64,000 nt of DNA from an uncultured Desulfurococcales archaeon (GCA_964526225.1 CAZGLL010000006.1:1328-65327), one strand, 5' to 3'. Shown: positions 11,469 through 21,183, counted from the stretch's first letter. Numbers and translations: made by a program. Notes: generated by a model not told the origin, from the letters alone.

Positions 11469-12627
11469 TAAGCTTCGCAATAAAGTACCCCGTAACATCA
11501 TGTATATGTGGATGGAATCTCATAAAGAAATAACCTTTATCACCTAATCCCTTTGACCCGAGAGAACCATATTTCGCTTCCACAGGTTCAAACCCGTATT
11601 TTTCAACGGTCTCCTCAATTACTTCCTCATTCTCCTCTAAAGTAACAGTGCATGTTGAATAAACCAACACGCCCCCTTTCCTTAAAAGTTCATACGCTGG
11701 CTTAAAGAACTGTATCTGGTAGTTCCTTAAATCAACAATATCTTTATACCTCTTGGAATCATAGAGTTTAGGCCTAACACCCAACGATGAACACGGAGGA
11801 TCAATAAGCACTCTATCCACTTTACCACGTAACGAAGGATAATCGACGTGTAAGTATCTTGAATCCGCTAAGTGAATCTCAATATTAACCTTCATTCTCT
11901 TAAACTCCCTAACCATTTTAGCAATCCTCTTTTTGGAATGGTCGAAAGCTAAAACCCTTGCTTCACCCTTGGTAAGCTGATATATGTGCGAAGCTTTCCC
12001 GCCAGGTGCAGCACACATATCAACAATTAATTCTCTTGGCTGTGGATCTAGAATTTTAGAAACCAACATTGCGGGAAAACTTTGCTCATACAATGCTCCT
12101 TCAGCGAATTCCGGAAACTCCCTAATCTTAGGAGCCCTATACTTGGAAATAACAACTTCAACAACTAATCCTCTCCTAACCTTACCTACATCTCTAGGGT
12201 CGATCCTAAAGTAGCCCCAACCAACGGGTTCTAGGAGGGGAGAAACAACAGTTACAGGAGCGTTTCTTCTAACATGTCCCACAGCCTTCAAAACCCCTGG
12301 AGCGTAAACATGAGAACCTAAATAAACGCTTTCAGCAGTTCTCTTATCAACAATAACGATACCATCCTCAATAGGTACTTTGTAGGGTCCTTCAATGGGG
12401 AAAAATACGGCTTCCTCAACGTTTTCATCGGGAAATACCTTAATTCCTCTGTTTCTTAACGACTCAATAACTTCATATCTATTCCGAATTAAAGCATTAA
12501 CTCTAACATAGAGTCTTTTACCAGGTTCCCTAATGGATTTAAGAAAGGCAAGAAACTTGCTACCGTAAACTCTCTTTAAAGAACTGATTACGTCTTCATC
12601 GTATTTGAAAAATTTAAGCACTTCCAT
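11458..12627 (-). CDS. RsmB/NOL1/NOP2 family RNA m5C methyltransferase with PUA domain
   Basis: VYAPGV (PUA), DMCAAPGGKA, DPPCSSLG, YSTCT. The ORF-track extension to 12774 runs into tRNA-Leu, so the real start is probably ATG 12627. Confidence 0.9.
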   Translation of the reverse strand: MEVLKFFKYDEDVISSLKRVYGSKFLAFLKSIREPGKRLYVRVNALIRNRYEVIESLRNRGIKVFPDENVEEAVFFPIEGPYKVPIEDGIVIVDKRTAESVYLGSHVYAPGVLKAVGHVRRNAPVTVVSPLLEPVGWGYFRIDPRDVGKVRRGLVVEVVISKYRAPKIREFPEFAEGALYEQSFPAMLVSKILDPQPRELIVDMCAAPGGKASHIYQLTKGEARVLAFDHSKKRIAKMVREFKRMKVNIEIHLADSRYLHVDYPSLRGKVDRVLIDPPCSSLGVRPKLYDSKRYKDIVDLRNYQIQFFKPAYELLRKGGVLVYSTCTVTLEENEEVIEETVEKYGFEPVEAKYGSLGSKGLGDKGYFFMRFHPHIHDVTGYFIAKLIKK

Positions 12628-12746
12628 AGTTTCACAACGGAGTAGTTTAGAATTAACGTGCACATAAAGGTTTATGGGGATAATGCAATGCTTAAAATAT
12701 AGTGCATGTTTGCGGGAATGGGTTCTGAAGAACTTATTTGTGTTTT

Positions 12747-12834
12747 TGGTGCGGGGGGTGGGATTTGAACCCACGCAGGCCTACGCCATCGGGGCCTAAG
12801 CCCGACCCCTTTGTCCTAGCTCGGGCACCCCCGC
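12747..12834 (-). tRNA. tRNA-Leu(TAG), long variable arm, CCA encoded
   Basis: GCGGGGG acceptor, TCGGG-CT-TAG-GC-CCCGA anticodon arm, GTGGG-TTCAAAT-CCCAC T arm, ends in ACCA. Confidence 0.96.
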
Positions 12835-12863
12835 ACATTCACAGATAGTGTTTATTTACTCTG

Positions 12864-12878
12864 CTTATAAGTTTTAAC
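12864..12878 (-). promoter_or_regulatory. BRE/TATA promoter of tRNA-Leu
   Basis: Minus strand GTTAAAA-CTTATAAG, about 30 nt upstream of the mature 5' end. Confidence 0.55.
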
Positions 12879-12903
12879 TGATAAGCTATGGTTATTTTGT
12901 TTT

Positions 12904-13012
12904 TGGAGCCGCCGGCGGGATTTGAACCCGCGACCACCAGCTCTCTCGGGGAGGTAGGGAGTTCATGATTACCCTACGAGGCTGGCGCTCTACCGAGCTG
13001 AGCTACGGCGGC
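12904..13012 (-). tRNA. tRNA-Thr(CGT) with 32-nt canonical 37/38 intron (12943-12974), CCA encoded
   Basis: CCAGC-CT-CGT-A|intron|A-GCTGG. BHB: CTCG(32-35) pairs with intron CGAG, bulges TA|G and AG|A. Confidence 0.95.
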
Positions 13013-13055
13013 GCTTCTGCATTTACTGTATTGGATGTTTGGGGGTTTTAAAATT

Positions 13056-14063
13056 ATGGTTAGATTAAGGGATATAGGGGAGAAAGGAGCTATCGAGTGT
13101 ATTGGTAGGTTTCTTGGCAAGGAACTTTTAGGATTAAGTGTTTTGGGGTTTAATGATGATGCGTTAGCTTTTAAGTTGAACAAGAAATACCTCATTTTAA
13201 ATATCGATGGTTTCACATTTCGCTACTCTAAATATTACTGGCTTAGCTACTATGATTTAGGATGGAAAGCTTCAACCCTTGCTATAAGCGATGTTGTTGT
13301 TAAAGGAGGAATCCCTAAAGTAGTTGTTTCATCGGTAGGTTTTAAGAAGTCAGCTTCACTTAAACGCCTTAAGGAATTCGTTTTCGGACTTAGAGATTCG
13401 GCGAGACATCATGGTGCAAAATATTTAGGCGGAGACCTTAATGAAGCAGTTGACGAATGGGTTTCAACAGCATGCATAGGTTTCTCCAAAGTAAAGCCAA
13501 TACCTCGGAAATCGAGGATAAAAGAAAACGATGTAGTATTAACGTACGGTGAATACGGGTTAATGGGCGCTGCTCTCCACGCCCACTACAATAGAATTGA
13601 CATTAAGCCTTGGAGAAAAATTGTTGAGGCAACACGGAAACCCGTATTTCCCATGGAAACTCTAAAGTTCGTAGGCAAGTTAGGTAGGAAATGTGTTTTA
13701 TCATCAATAGACAGCAGTGATGGACTTGCACAATCGCTACTTGAACTTTCGAAAATAAATAAAATAGGCTTCATAGTGGAAAATATACCAGTAGATCCTG
13801 AAGCAGTAGAGTATGCTAAAACATACGGTTTAGATTCGGAAAACATAGCACTCTATGGCGGAGAAGAATTCTACCCAATACTTGTAATTTCCAGGAAATG
13901 CCTAAACAAGCTAAGAGATATTTTAAGGGAATTTGACAGATTCAAAATAATAGGTAAAACTATAGCTTCAGTAAACGTTTATATTCGCAAAAAGGGAAGG
14001 TTAGTGAAAGTAGAAAATAGGGGATGGGAATATTTCAAGAATAAACAAAGTACTCATACTTGA
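13056..14063 (+). CDS. thiL: Thiamine-monophosphate kinase
   Basis: IGEKGAIE, DDAL, LNIDG, ISDVVVKGG, GGDL, DSSDGLAQSL, GGEEF. Confidence 0.88.
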   Translation: MVRLRDIGEKGAIECIGRFLGKELLGLSVLGFNDDALAFKLNKKYLILNIDGFTFRYSKYYWLSYYDLGWKASTLAISDVVVKGGIPKVVVSSVGFKKSASLKRLKEFVFGLRDSARHHGAKYLGGDLNEAVDEWVSTACIGFSKVKPIPRKSRIKENDVVLTYGEYGLMGAALHAHYNRIDIKPWRKIVEATRKPVFPMETLKFVGKLGRKCVLSSIDSSDGLAQSLLELSKINKIGFIVENIPVDPEAVEYAKTYGLDSENIALYGGEEFYPILVISRKCLNKLRDILREFDRFKIIGKTIASVNVYIRKKGRLVKVENRGWEYFKNKQSTHT

Positions 14064-15741
14064 CGGGTACACTGATGAACCAGCGGGACTAGGTGTTCCA
14101 CCATACATAGACGTTTACCCAAGATATGTTGCAGGAGCTATATGGTCTGCGAGAAAAGACGTTAAGGTAAGGTACTTAACGGTTGACGAAGCTAGAAAAA
14201 TGGACTATGAATTCTTCAACGAAGCGAACAAGTACGACCTAGTAATAATGGTAGCGGGAGTTACTGTTCCAGGGAAATATCTTGGAGGAAAACCAATAAC
14301 AATCAATGAGCTAAGCGAGTGGTTTAGAATAATAAGTAAACCCCTGAAAATACTTGTTGGACCGGCAGCTAAATTCGGAATAGGTATTGAAGGAGGAAAG
14401 GTTGCGGAACTACCTACGAAAATAAAGGAGAACTTCGACCTATTAGTTAAGGGAGATCCCGAAGTAGTAATACATGAAGTTATTAAGGAAGACAGCTTGG
14501 AGAAAGCAAACCCCTACGCTACGAGGAGAAGCTATAAGGAGATAGAGGAGTTCATACTTAAAGGAACACATATTGTAACTCAGCATCCGAACTATGGCAA
14601 AAACCTTATTGTAGAAATAGAAACGTACAGAGGCTGCCCAAGAGCAATTACCGGAGGTTGTTCATTCTGCATAGAACCACTATACGGCTTACCAGTATTC
14701 AGAGATCAAAGAGACATTGTGAAAGAAATAGAAGAACTCTATAAACTTGGCGTTAAATTCTTCAGAATAGGGAGGCAACCAGACATATTCGCATATAAAT
14801 CAAAGGAAATCGGAGAGAAAGAATTTCCAAAACCAAATCCTGAGGAAATAGAAAAGCTGTTTAGAGGAATAAGAACTGTAGCTCCTAATTTAAGAACGCT
14901 TCACATAGACAATGTTAATCCAGGAACTGTAGCTCATAACCCTAAGGAATCATTGGAAGCAGCAAAAATAATAATTAAATACCATACACCAGGCGATGTA
15001 GCTGCTTTCGGTGTTGAATCGGTTGATCCGAGAGTTGTTAAGTTAAACAATTTAAAGGTAACTATGGAGGAGGCTTTAGAAGCTGTAAGGATAATAAATA
15101 GAGTTGGCGCTCAGAGAGGATATAATGGATTACCGGAGCTTCTACCGGGAGTAAACTTCCTCTTCGGTCTTAAAGGAGAAACAAAATACACTTATGAAAT
15201 AAATTTCAAATTTCTAAAGAAAATAGTTGAAGAAGGCTTACTTGTTAGAAGAATAAATATTAGGCAGGTAATGGTTTTTCCAGCAACTAAAATGTGGAGT
15301 GTAGGTGATAGAGTAATTAGGAAACATAAAAGATATTTCAAGGCATTTAAAGAAAGAGTTAAGAGAGAAATAGAATTACCGCTAATGAGAAGACTTGTTC
15401 CCACAGGGACTATAGTAAGAGATGTTTACACAGAAAAACACATAGGCTATTTCACTTACGCTAGACCTGTAGGAAGCTACCCCTTAATGGTAAAGATTCC
15501 TGAGAAAATAACTCTCGGAGAGTTCATGAACTTTACAATAGTGGATCATGATCATAGATCGGTCTATGGGATACCTTATCCGTTAAACGTTAATAATGCA
15601 TCTCTTAAACTCATTAGCTTACTACCTGGTATTACCAAGGTGGAAGCTTTAGCTATAGTTAAGAAAAGGCCTTTTAAGAGCATTGATGATTTAAGGAGAA
15701 CCGTTTCAAACGAGAAAGTGTTAAAATATGTTACTATTTAG
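14041..15741 (+). CDS. Radical SAM protein with C-terminal helix-hairpin-helix (COG1031-like); start non-canonical (ATA 14041 or ATT 14032)
   Basis: The conserved KVLILDGYTDEPAGLGVPPYID N-terminus is in frame upstream of the ORF-track ATG at 14200; CX7CX2C (GCPRAITGGCSFC); C-terminal LPGI...RPFKS HhH. Confidence 0.85.
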   Translation: MNKVLILDGYTDEPAGLGVPPYIDVYPRYVAGAIWSARKDVKVRYLTVDEARKMDYEFFNEANKYDLVIMVAGVTVPGKYLGGKPITINELSEWFRIISKPLKILVGPAAKFGIGIEGGKVAELPTKIKENFDLLVKGDPEVVIHEVIKEDSLEKANPYATRRSYKEIEEFILKGTHIVTQHPNYGKNLIVEIETYRGCPRAITGGCSFCIEPLYGLPVFRDQRDIVKEIEELYKLGVKFFRIGRQPDIFAYKSKEIGEKEFPKPNPEEIEKLFRGIRTVAPNLRTLHIDNVNPGTVAHNPKESLEAAKIIIKYHTPGDVAAFGVESVDPRVVKLNNLKVTMEEALEAVRIINRVGAQRGYNGLPELLPGVNFLFGLKGETKYTYEINFKFLKKIVEEGLLVRRINIRQVMVFPATKMWSVGDRVIRKHKRYFKAFKERVKREIELPLMRRLVPTGTIVRDVYTEKHIGYFTYARPVGSYPLMVKIPEKITLGEFMNFTIVDHDHRSVYGIPYPLNVNNASLKLISLLPGITKVEALAIVKKRPFKSIDDLRRTVSNEKVLKYVTI

Positions 15742-18452
15742 CCGAAGAAGCTTTCAAGCTTTGTTACACCGATTATTTCTTTAAAGTCAATGTTAAAAGC
15801 GTCAAGTAGTTGTTCGAAAGTGCTTTTTATTTGGTCAACATATTTGTCAACATCTATTTCATCTATTTTAGCTAATTGCACAGGCTTCACACCATATTTT
15901 GACTTAACTTTAACGTATGCTATAACGTCGCCCTTTTGAACATCAATGCCTAGTTCTTTAAGCATTTTTGCTGCTCTAACATGTTGTGGAATGGTTTTAA
16001 CATAGGATTCGAGAGGTTTAGATAGAGAAACTTTGAAAGCTGCTTCATCCAATGTTAGCTCCTTATTCTTAAGCCTCTTGTAAATGTTTAGGACAATATC
16101 TTTAATTACATGCTTTACCTTTTCAAACTCAGCTTCGTCTTTAACATTTCCTATGGCACTTAATACTTCGTAAAATGCTTTCTTAATGAATTCTGGTGTG
16201 TTTCTCTTCTTGCCAACAAGACCTTTAACGTCAACTGATCCGTCAGGATATATTCCTACATAGTTCTTTTTCCTACCGGAGAACGCAATGTATCTGTATA
16301 CCTTGTCTACTTCGATTTCTAAACCGAGTTCGTCTTCAACAAACTTTATGAGCTCTTCTATTTTGTCTTGAGATGGATTATGTAAGAATAAGCTATCCGT
16401 ATCGCCATAGAGAACTTCTAAGCCTAGTTCTCTCGCTTTCTCTATGGTTTTCTTAATAGCGTATCTTCCTATTGCGGTAACGCTTTCAGCAGCTGGCGGA
16501 CAATATAGTGGGAACGTTGAGGCTCCGAAAACACCGTATGATGCATTTATAAATACCTTCATAGCTTTTTCAACAACACTATACCATGCTCTCTCGGTCT
16601 CAGGTAGGCTCTTGTTTTTAGCTGCCTTCTTGTATATTTTAACCCTGAAGTCTCTAAGCAAACCTGTTATAACAGATGTTATCCCTTTCCTCTTCCTACA
16701 CACCCAATGCTTTGTTTCAGGAATAATGTTGCTTCTACATTCAGGATGAGGGCATCTAACAGTTTCGTAGCTTAAATTCCACTTCTTAATTATGCTTGGA
16801 TATAGTGATGCGAAATCTAAAACTAGAACGTTGAAGAAAACTCCCGCTGGAGGCTGTACAACTATTGCTCCAGCATATTTTTTGCCTTTAATTGTAGCTT
16901 CGGTTACAGCCTCACCCTTCATGTTTAAAATGTCTTCAGACAAAGGTATTAGGTATCCTCTCCTTCTATGTTCCCAGTAAAGCAGATTCTTTATCCAGTG
17001 AGAAACAGCATGCCTTGTTAGCTCATCCATAGATAATTTAGAAATACGCATCATCAATATTATGAGCTTCATAACTAAATTATCATCGAACGTCGTTAAA
17101 TTCAATGTTAACCACGCATCTCTATAGTTGTAAGCTACTAGTTCACTGTACGTTAGTTCACTTACAACCGCTTCAAGAGCTATTTTTGAAACACCAAGTA
17201 ATGCTGAAGCTATAGCATCCAATGTGAATTCCTTATATTTTCCACCAAACGCATATACTTGAATTGCTTTGATGCTGAAGAACCTGTAAAGATCTATATG
17301 GATATTTACTTTATGTCTAACCTCCTCTTCGGTCACTATAAATGGTAAGTATTTTTCAGGGAAACCTAGATTCTTAGCTCTATTTTGTAGATAAGGTAGA
17401 TCGAAGTTATCGCCATTAAATGTTAAAATAACAGGGTAGCTATTTAGAATACGAAAAACTTCGGCTATTAAATGTCTTTCACTATCGAAGATTTCTACTT
17501 CAACATCTTCAGGATAGTTTGGTAGTTTATTACCGAAAACTATGCCTTCTCTTGCTAGTATAAGCACTTTTTTTAAACCATCATTTGAAACTAGTGAAAC
17601 ACTTATGATTTCATTTCTTGCTTTCTTAGGGTCAGGTATTCTATTTCTAGCTTCAGAAAACACTTCAATATCTACCGCTACTCTTTTCAAATCGGGCGGT
17701 GGTAGTTGGAATAGTGGAAGCCATTCCTTAGCGTACTGTTTAATTTCTTCATCAACATCTTTGAAAAGTTCCTCAACTTTCTTCTTTATTTCTTCAGATA
17801 TTGATATTTTAACTGGAACTAATGATCCATTAACTATTTTGTAAAGCATCCCTGGAGTTAATTGTTTATCGTAAATGTAATTGTTATGGTATTTTATGTG
17901 AGCTTCCCAAGCTTTAGGAACGTATTCTCTAACAACACCTACAGATTTAGGATCCTTCATAACTATTTTTGTCATGTAAACTTTCCTATCATAAAGTAAA
18001 TCGTACTTTTCAACTCTTTCCAAATGACTAAATGATGGATGGTTCCTTATCTTATCTATTTCACTTACCTTATCAGGAGTTAAATCAGTTAAGAAGTAAG
18101 GTAAATGACCAGTATTATCATACCATAGAAGTATTTGCTTATTTCCCGGATCATATAGTTTCAACATAGCCCTCTGGTTTTTACCATCATATTGTACTGA
18201 TAAAAGATAGCATGGACCGGTATTTTTAGGAAAAACCATTTTTGGCTCTAATGATAAACGAGTATCTGATTTAGCAATTTTCTCATCACTAATGTTAGCT
18301 TTACTATTATTTTTAATTTCTACAATACTCTTCTCTAGTATTGATTCCTTAGATTTTAGAGGCTCCCTTTTAGCTTCAGCTTCTTTCTTCCTCTTCGTTT
18401 TCCCTTTCTTCTCGATTCTAAAGAAATCGTCAAGCTTTAACTGATGCCCCAT
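15738..18452 (-). CDS. polB1: Family B DNA polymerase PolB1
   Basis: AVDIEV and FNGDNFD (exonuclease), DFASLYPS, KVFINASYG, YGDTDS. Confidence 0.96.
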   Translation of the reverse strand: MGHQLKLDDFFRIEKKGKTKRKKEAEAKREPLKSKESILEKSIVEIKNNSKANISDEKIAKSDTRLSLEPKMVFPKNTGPCYLLSVQYDGKNQRAMLKLYDPGNKQILLWYDNTGHLPYFLTDLTPDKVSEIDKIRNHPSFSHLERVEKYDLLYDRKVYMTKIVMKDPKSVGVVREYVPKAWEAHIKYHNNYIYDKQLTPGMLYKIVNGSLVPVKISISEEIKKKVEELFKDVDEEIKQYAKEWLPLFQLPPPDLKRVAVDIEVFSEARNRIPDPKKARNEIISVSLVSNDGLKKVLILAREGIVFGNKLPNYPEDVEVEIFDSERHLIAEVFRILNSYPVILTFNGDNFDLPYLQNRAKNLGFPEKYLPFIVTEEEVRHKVNIHIDLYRFFSIKAIQVYAFGGKYKEFTLDAIASALLGVSKIALEAVVSELTYSELVAYNYRDAWLTLNLTTFDDNLVMKLIILMMRISKLSMDELTRHAVSHWIKNLLYWEHRRRGYLIPLSEDILNMKGEAVTEATIKGKKYAGAIVVQPPAGVFFNVLVLDFASLYPSIIKKWNLSYETVRCPHPECRSNIIPETKHWVCRKRKGITSVITGLLRDFRVKIYKKAAKNKSLPETERAWYSVVEKAMKVFINASYGVFGASTFPLYCPPAAESVTAIGRYAIKKTIEKARELGLEVLYGDTDSLFLHNPSQDKIEELIKFVEDELGLEIEVDKVYRYIAFSGRKKNYVGIYPDGSVDVKGLVGKKRNTPEFIKKAFYEVLSAIGNVKDEAEFEKVKHVIKDIVLNIYKRLKNKELTLDEAAFKVSLSKPLESYVKTIPQHVRAAKMLKELGIDVQKGDVIAYVKVKSKYGVKPVQLAKIDEIDVDKYVDQIKSTFEQLLDAFNIDFKEIIGVTKLESFFG

Positions 18453-18633
18453 TTAATTATTCCCTCATTGAATCTTAAGGAATACAGTCTGTCTCGAACT
18501 TCTCTACATTCTACTATTAATGCTAAAGCTAACTTAAAAGTGGAACCCCACATAGAAATTAACGAGCACTTAAATATCCTTAAAAACACCTCTGAAAAAC
18601 TAAAAAACCACACGTAACGTTATGAATAATTTG

Positions 18634-18711
18634 GGGCCCGTCGCCTAGCCAGGATAGGGCGCCGGCCTGCGGAGCCGGTGGTCCGGGGTTCAAATCCCCG
18701 CGGGCCCGCCA
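18634..18711 (+). tRNA. tRNA-Arg(GCG), CCA encoded
   Basis: GGGCCCG/CGGGCCC acceptor, CCGGC-CT-GCG-GA-GCCGG anticodon arm, GGTTCAAATCC T loop. Confidence 0.96.
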
Positions 18712-18777
18712 CACTTATAAACCCACAATGCTTCTTAAGGATTACTTCTTCAATGTTTCATGAACCATGTCTATTAA

Positions 18778-19135
18778 ATGAAACTTAGTGATAGCCAGAA
18801 CAGGCTTGAGAAGACCCGCTAGAGAGTCTTGCTGAGGTTCTCAGAGATAGAATCTACCTCTACGATGAAGCACTTAGAAGATACTTAGGTACGTAGCTCT
18901 CCGAGCTTTCTAGGGAACTAAGCCTTGAGTATACCAGGATTCATGTAGTTTGGGAACTAAGAGGTAGGTTTGAGCTCATATATGTATTGGTATTCTTGGT
19001 TTCGCACACATTTCTAGACGGATAATTCCGTTGCTAACCCCAGTAATCACCGTGAACATATGGGAACAGGTTGGTTCCTCGGATAAGATAGGGATCTTTA
19101 CTTCGAAAGGAAGCTTTGATGAAAATAAGGCGTAA
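18778..19135 (+). pseudogene. Possible decayed ORF of unknown family downstream of tRNA-Arg
   Basis: Protein-like segments across a frameshift and an in-frame TAG (MKLSDSQNRLEK / PLESLAEVLRDRIYLYDEALRRYLGT*LSELSRELSLEYTRIHVVWELRGRFEL). Confidence 0.3.
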
Positions 19136-19204
19136 TATGCAAGCGTTTATGGTAATCTATGGGTTTTGAATGCTAAGAATGTTAAGATAAAAAAAGAATT
19201 TTGC

Positions 19205-19342
19205 TTATTTACCTTCTTTTGTCTCTTTTTTAGCTTTTGAGGCTCTCCAAGCTCTATAAATGCCCAGCCCTAGCCCAAGCACATAGAATAGTATGATGCC
19301 TAAGATTAACATACCGATTGCTTCAGCACTTAACCCGGGCAT
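19205..19342 (-). CDS. MetS-family small subunit of an NSS transporter (45 aa; absent from the ORF track)
   Basis: MPGLSAEAIGMLILGIILFYVLGLGLGIYRAWRASKAKKETKEGK: one TM helix plus basic tail, ATG 1 nt after the NSS stop codon. Confidence 0.8.
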   Translation of the reverse strand: MPGLSAEAIGMLILGIILFYVLGLGLGIYRAWRASKAKKETKEGK

Positions 19343-19343
19343 G

Positions 19344-20780
19344 TTACATCACCTTCTTCTCTTTCCACTTAAAACCTGATATTACTGTTGCTGCAACTAT
19401 TATTATTATGACTGTAAGTATCGATATAGGCGATACATGAGTAGTGGTGGAGAGCCCCCAACCTAGTACCGCTAACAATACTATCGGTGTTACGATTTTT
19501 ATAAGCACATCATACCATGATCCAAGCTTCCATTCAGCATCGGGATTGACATGGTCTCTGAGCACCTTTAGGCCGAAGAAGTAGCCAGCTATAATTGCCT
19601 CAAGTAGCACTATCCATACAGCGTTAGTACTTCCAACCATGAAATCTACAGGATCTATAAAATCTGGTCGGAAAGCGAATAAAAGGCTTATTAAGTAGGC
19701 TAGCACAGCGACAGCTGTTACACCCTTCTTTCTCGATATACCAAACTTATCCCCAAAGGCTCTATATGTCGGCTCTATTATTGATATTAAGGATGTATAC
19801 CCAGCAAGCCATAGGATTACAAAGAATATCGTGCCGAATATCGCTGTAGTGATGGGTGCACCTGGGAGGAGAGTTACTGCTGTAGGTATAGTCACAAATG
19901 CTAAACCAGCACCACCTAGTGGTACTGGAAGATCAGCAGGTGATGCAACATTCATTACATGCATTAAGTACCCTATAATACCCCATGTAGCGAATGCGAA
20001 GAAGAAGCTGTATCCACAGTTAGCAAATGATGTTATCCATGCTGAATTAGGTATTTCAGATCTAGGTGATAGGTAGCTTGCATATACGATCATTGTTGTT
20101 CCAAACACACTTAGTGTAAATAGTATCTGTCCCGCAGCATCTATTATAGCACTTCCACTGAAGGCCTGAGCAGATGGTGTTAATAGCCAATTAATACCTA
20201 TGTCGCTACCAGGAAGCGTTACTCCTCTTATAACTAACACCGCTGATAGTATCCATAAGATCGGTATAGCGTATGTGCAAGCCCTCTCGATACCGCTTGC
20301 TATGCCAGCGTAGCAGGTGTACCATGCGATAAGCCAAGTTATTGTAAGTCCTATAATGACAAATGCAGGGTTAGATAGTAGCGCTTCAAATGTTGATTCT
20401 ACACCCTCGACGGTTTTCCAAGCAACTGTTGCTGAGAGCCCTATGTAGTCCATTACCCAGGCTAAGACTACTGAATAATACGTGCAAATGAAGAATGTAT
20501 TTATTATGGCCATCCAGCCTATAGGCTCTAAACTTTCCTTAATCTTCCTAAAGACCTTAGGTGTTGCACCTCTAAAGTAGTATCCTAACATAAACTCTAG
20601 TATCATCAATGGAATACCGAAAACTAGCAGGAATATTATGTAGGGTATTAGGAATGCACCACCGCCATTTCTATAACAGAGCCAGCTAAATCGCCAGATA
20701 TTTCCTAAACCAATAGCTGAACCTATCGCAGCTAGGATGAAGCCCCTTCTCCTTTTCCAGTATTCTGCAGCGGAACTCAG
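19344..20780 (-). CDS. Sodium-dependent NSS/SNF-family amino-acid transporter; probable CTG start at 20780
   Basis: TM1 motif GFILAAIGSAIGLGNIWRF and GGGAFLIPY lie in frame upstream of the ORF-track ATG (20609); SD GAGGTGA 6 nt before the CTG. Confidence 0.92.
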   Translation of the reverse strand: MSSAAEYWKRRRGFILAAIGSAIGLGNIWRFSWLCYRNGGGAFLIPYIIFLLVFGIPLMILEFMLGYYFRGATPKVFRKIKESLEPIGWMAIINTFFICTYYSVVLAWVMDYIGLSATVAWKTVEGVESTFEALLSNPAFVIIGLTITWLIAWYTCYAGIASGIERACTYAIPILWILSAVLVIRGVTLPGSDIGINWLLTPSAQAFSGSAIIDAAGQILFTLSVFGTTMIVYASYLSPRSEIPNSAWITSFANCGYSFFFAFATWGIIGYLMHVMNVASPADLPVPLGGAGLAFVTIPTAVTLLPGAPITTAIFGTIFFVILWLAGYTSLISIIEPTYRAFGDKFGISRKKGVTAVAVLAYLISLLFAFRPDFIDPVDFMVGSTNAVWIVLLEAIIAGYFFGLKVLRDHVNPDAEWKLGSWYDVLIKIVTPIVLLAVLGWGLSTTTHVSPISILTVIIIIVAATVISGFKWKEKKVM

Positions 20781-21183
20781 TTGATATCACCTCATCTCTC
20801 CATACTCCCTTGGAGATAAAAATTTTTCTTATAAATGTTTTTTCATCAATAAAAATTTTACTATTCTCTTTTAAGACCAACCTAGTATTCTATACAAAGT
20901 AGAGAAGAAGCTGTAGGCGAGAAACCGGTTAAGGATATACTAAACATGTTAAGCTCCAAATGCTATATTTCGAGCTTGTTAACCTTCATAATGGTTAAAC
21001 AATGGTAGGTTTGTACAATGGAACCCTATATTCTTGAGCTTTTACATGAATAACCATGTAGCCTCCACAACAAGTTATTTGGTTTTTAAAAATAGGATAA
21101 TAGAGTTATAGTAGAATTGAGAATTCATTGATAACTTAGTTACTAATGTTAAGTTGTATTTGAAAGTTTAGCCATTTATTATT

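Noticed and set aside
12628-12774. N-terminal extension of the RsmB-family ORF in the ORF track (MGSNPTPRT...)
   Set aside because: It is translated from the T-loop and 3' end of tRNA-Leu; the real protein probably starts at ATG 12627.
18894-18896. In-frame TAG in the remnant ORF as possible pyrrolysine or read-through
   Set aside because: The ORF also has a frameshift and no recognisable family, and no pyl machinery is visible; decay is the simpler explanation.
20686-20880. 64-aa minus-strand ORF as the missing N-terminus of the NSS transporter (frameshift model)
   Set aside because: The conserved TM1 is already in frame with the transporter; this ORF is in another frame and has no NSS motif.
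20880-21180. Search for an attR copy of the tRNA-Arg 3' end
   Set aside because: No alignable match to ggggttcaaatccccgcgggcccgcca was found by eye, so no mobile element is called there.
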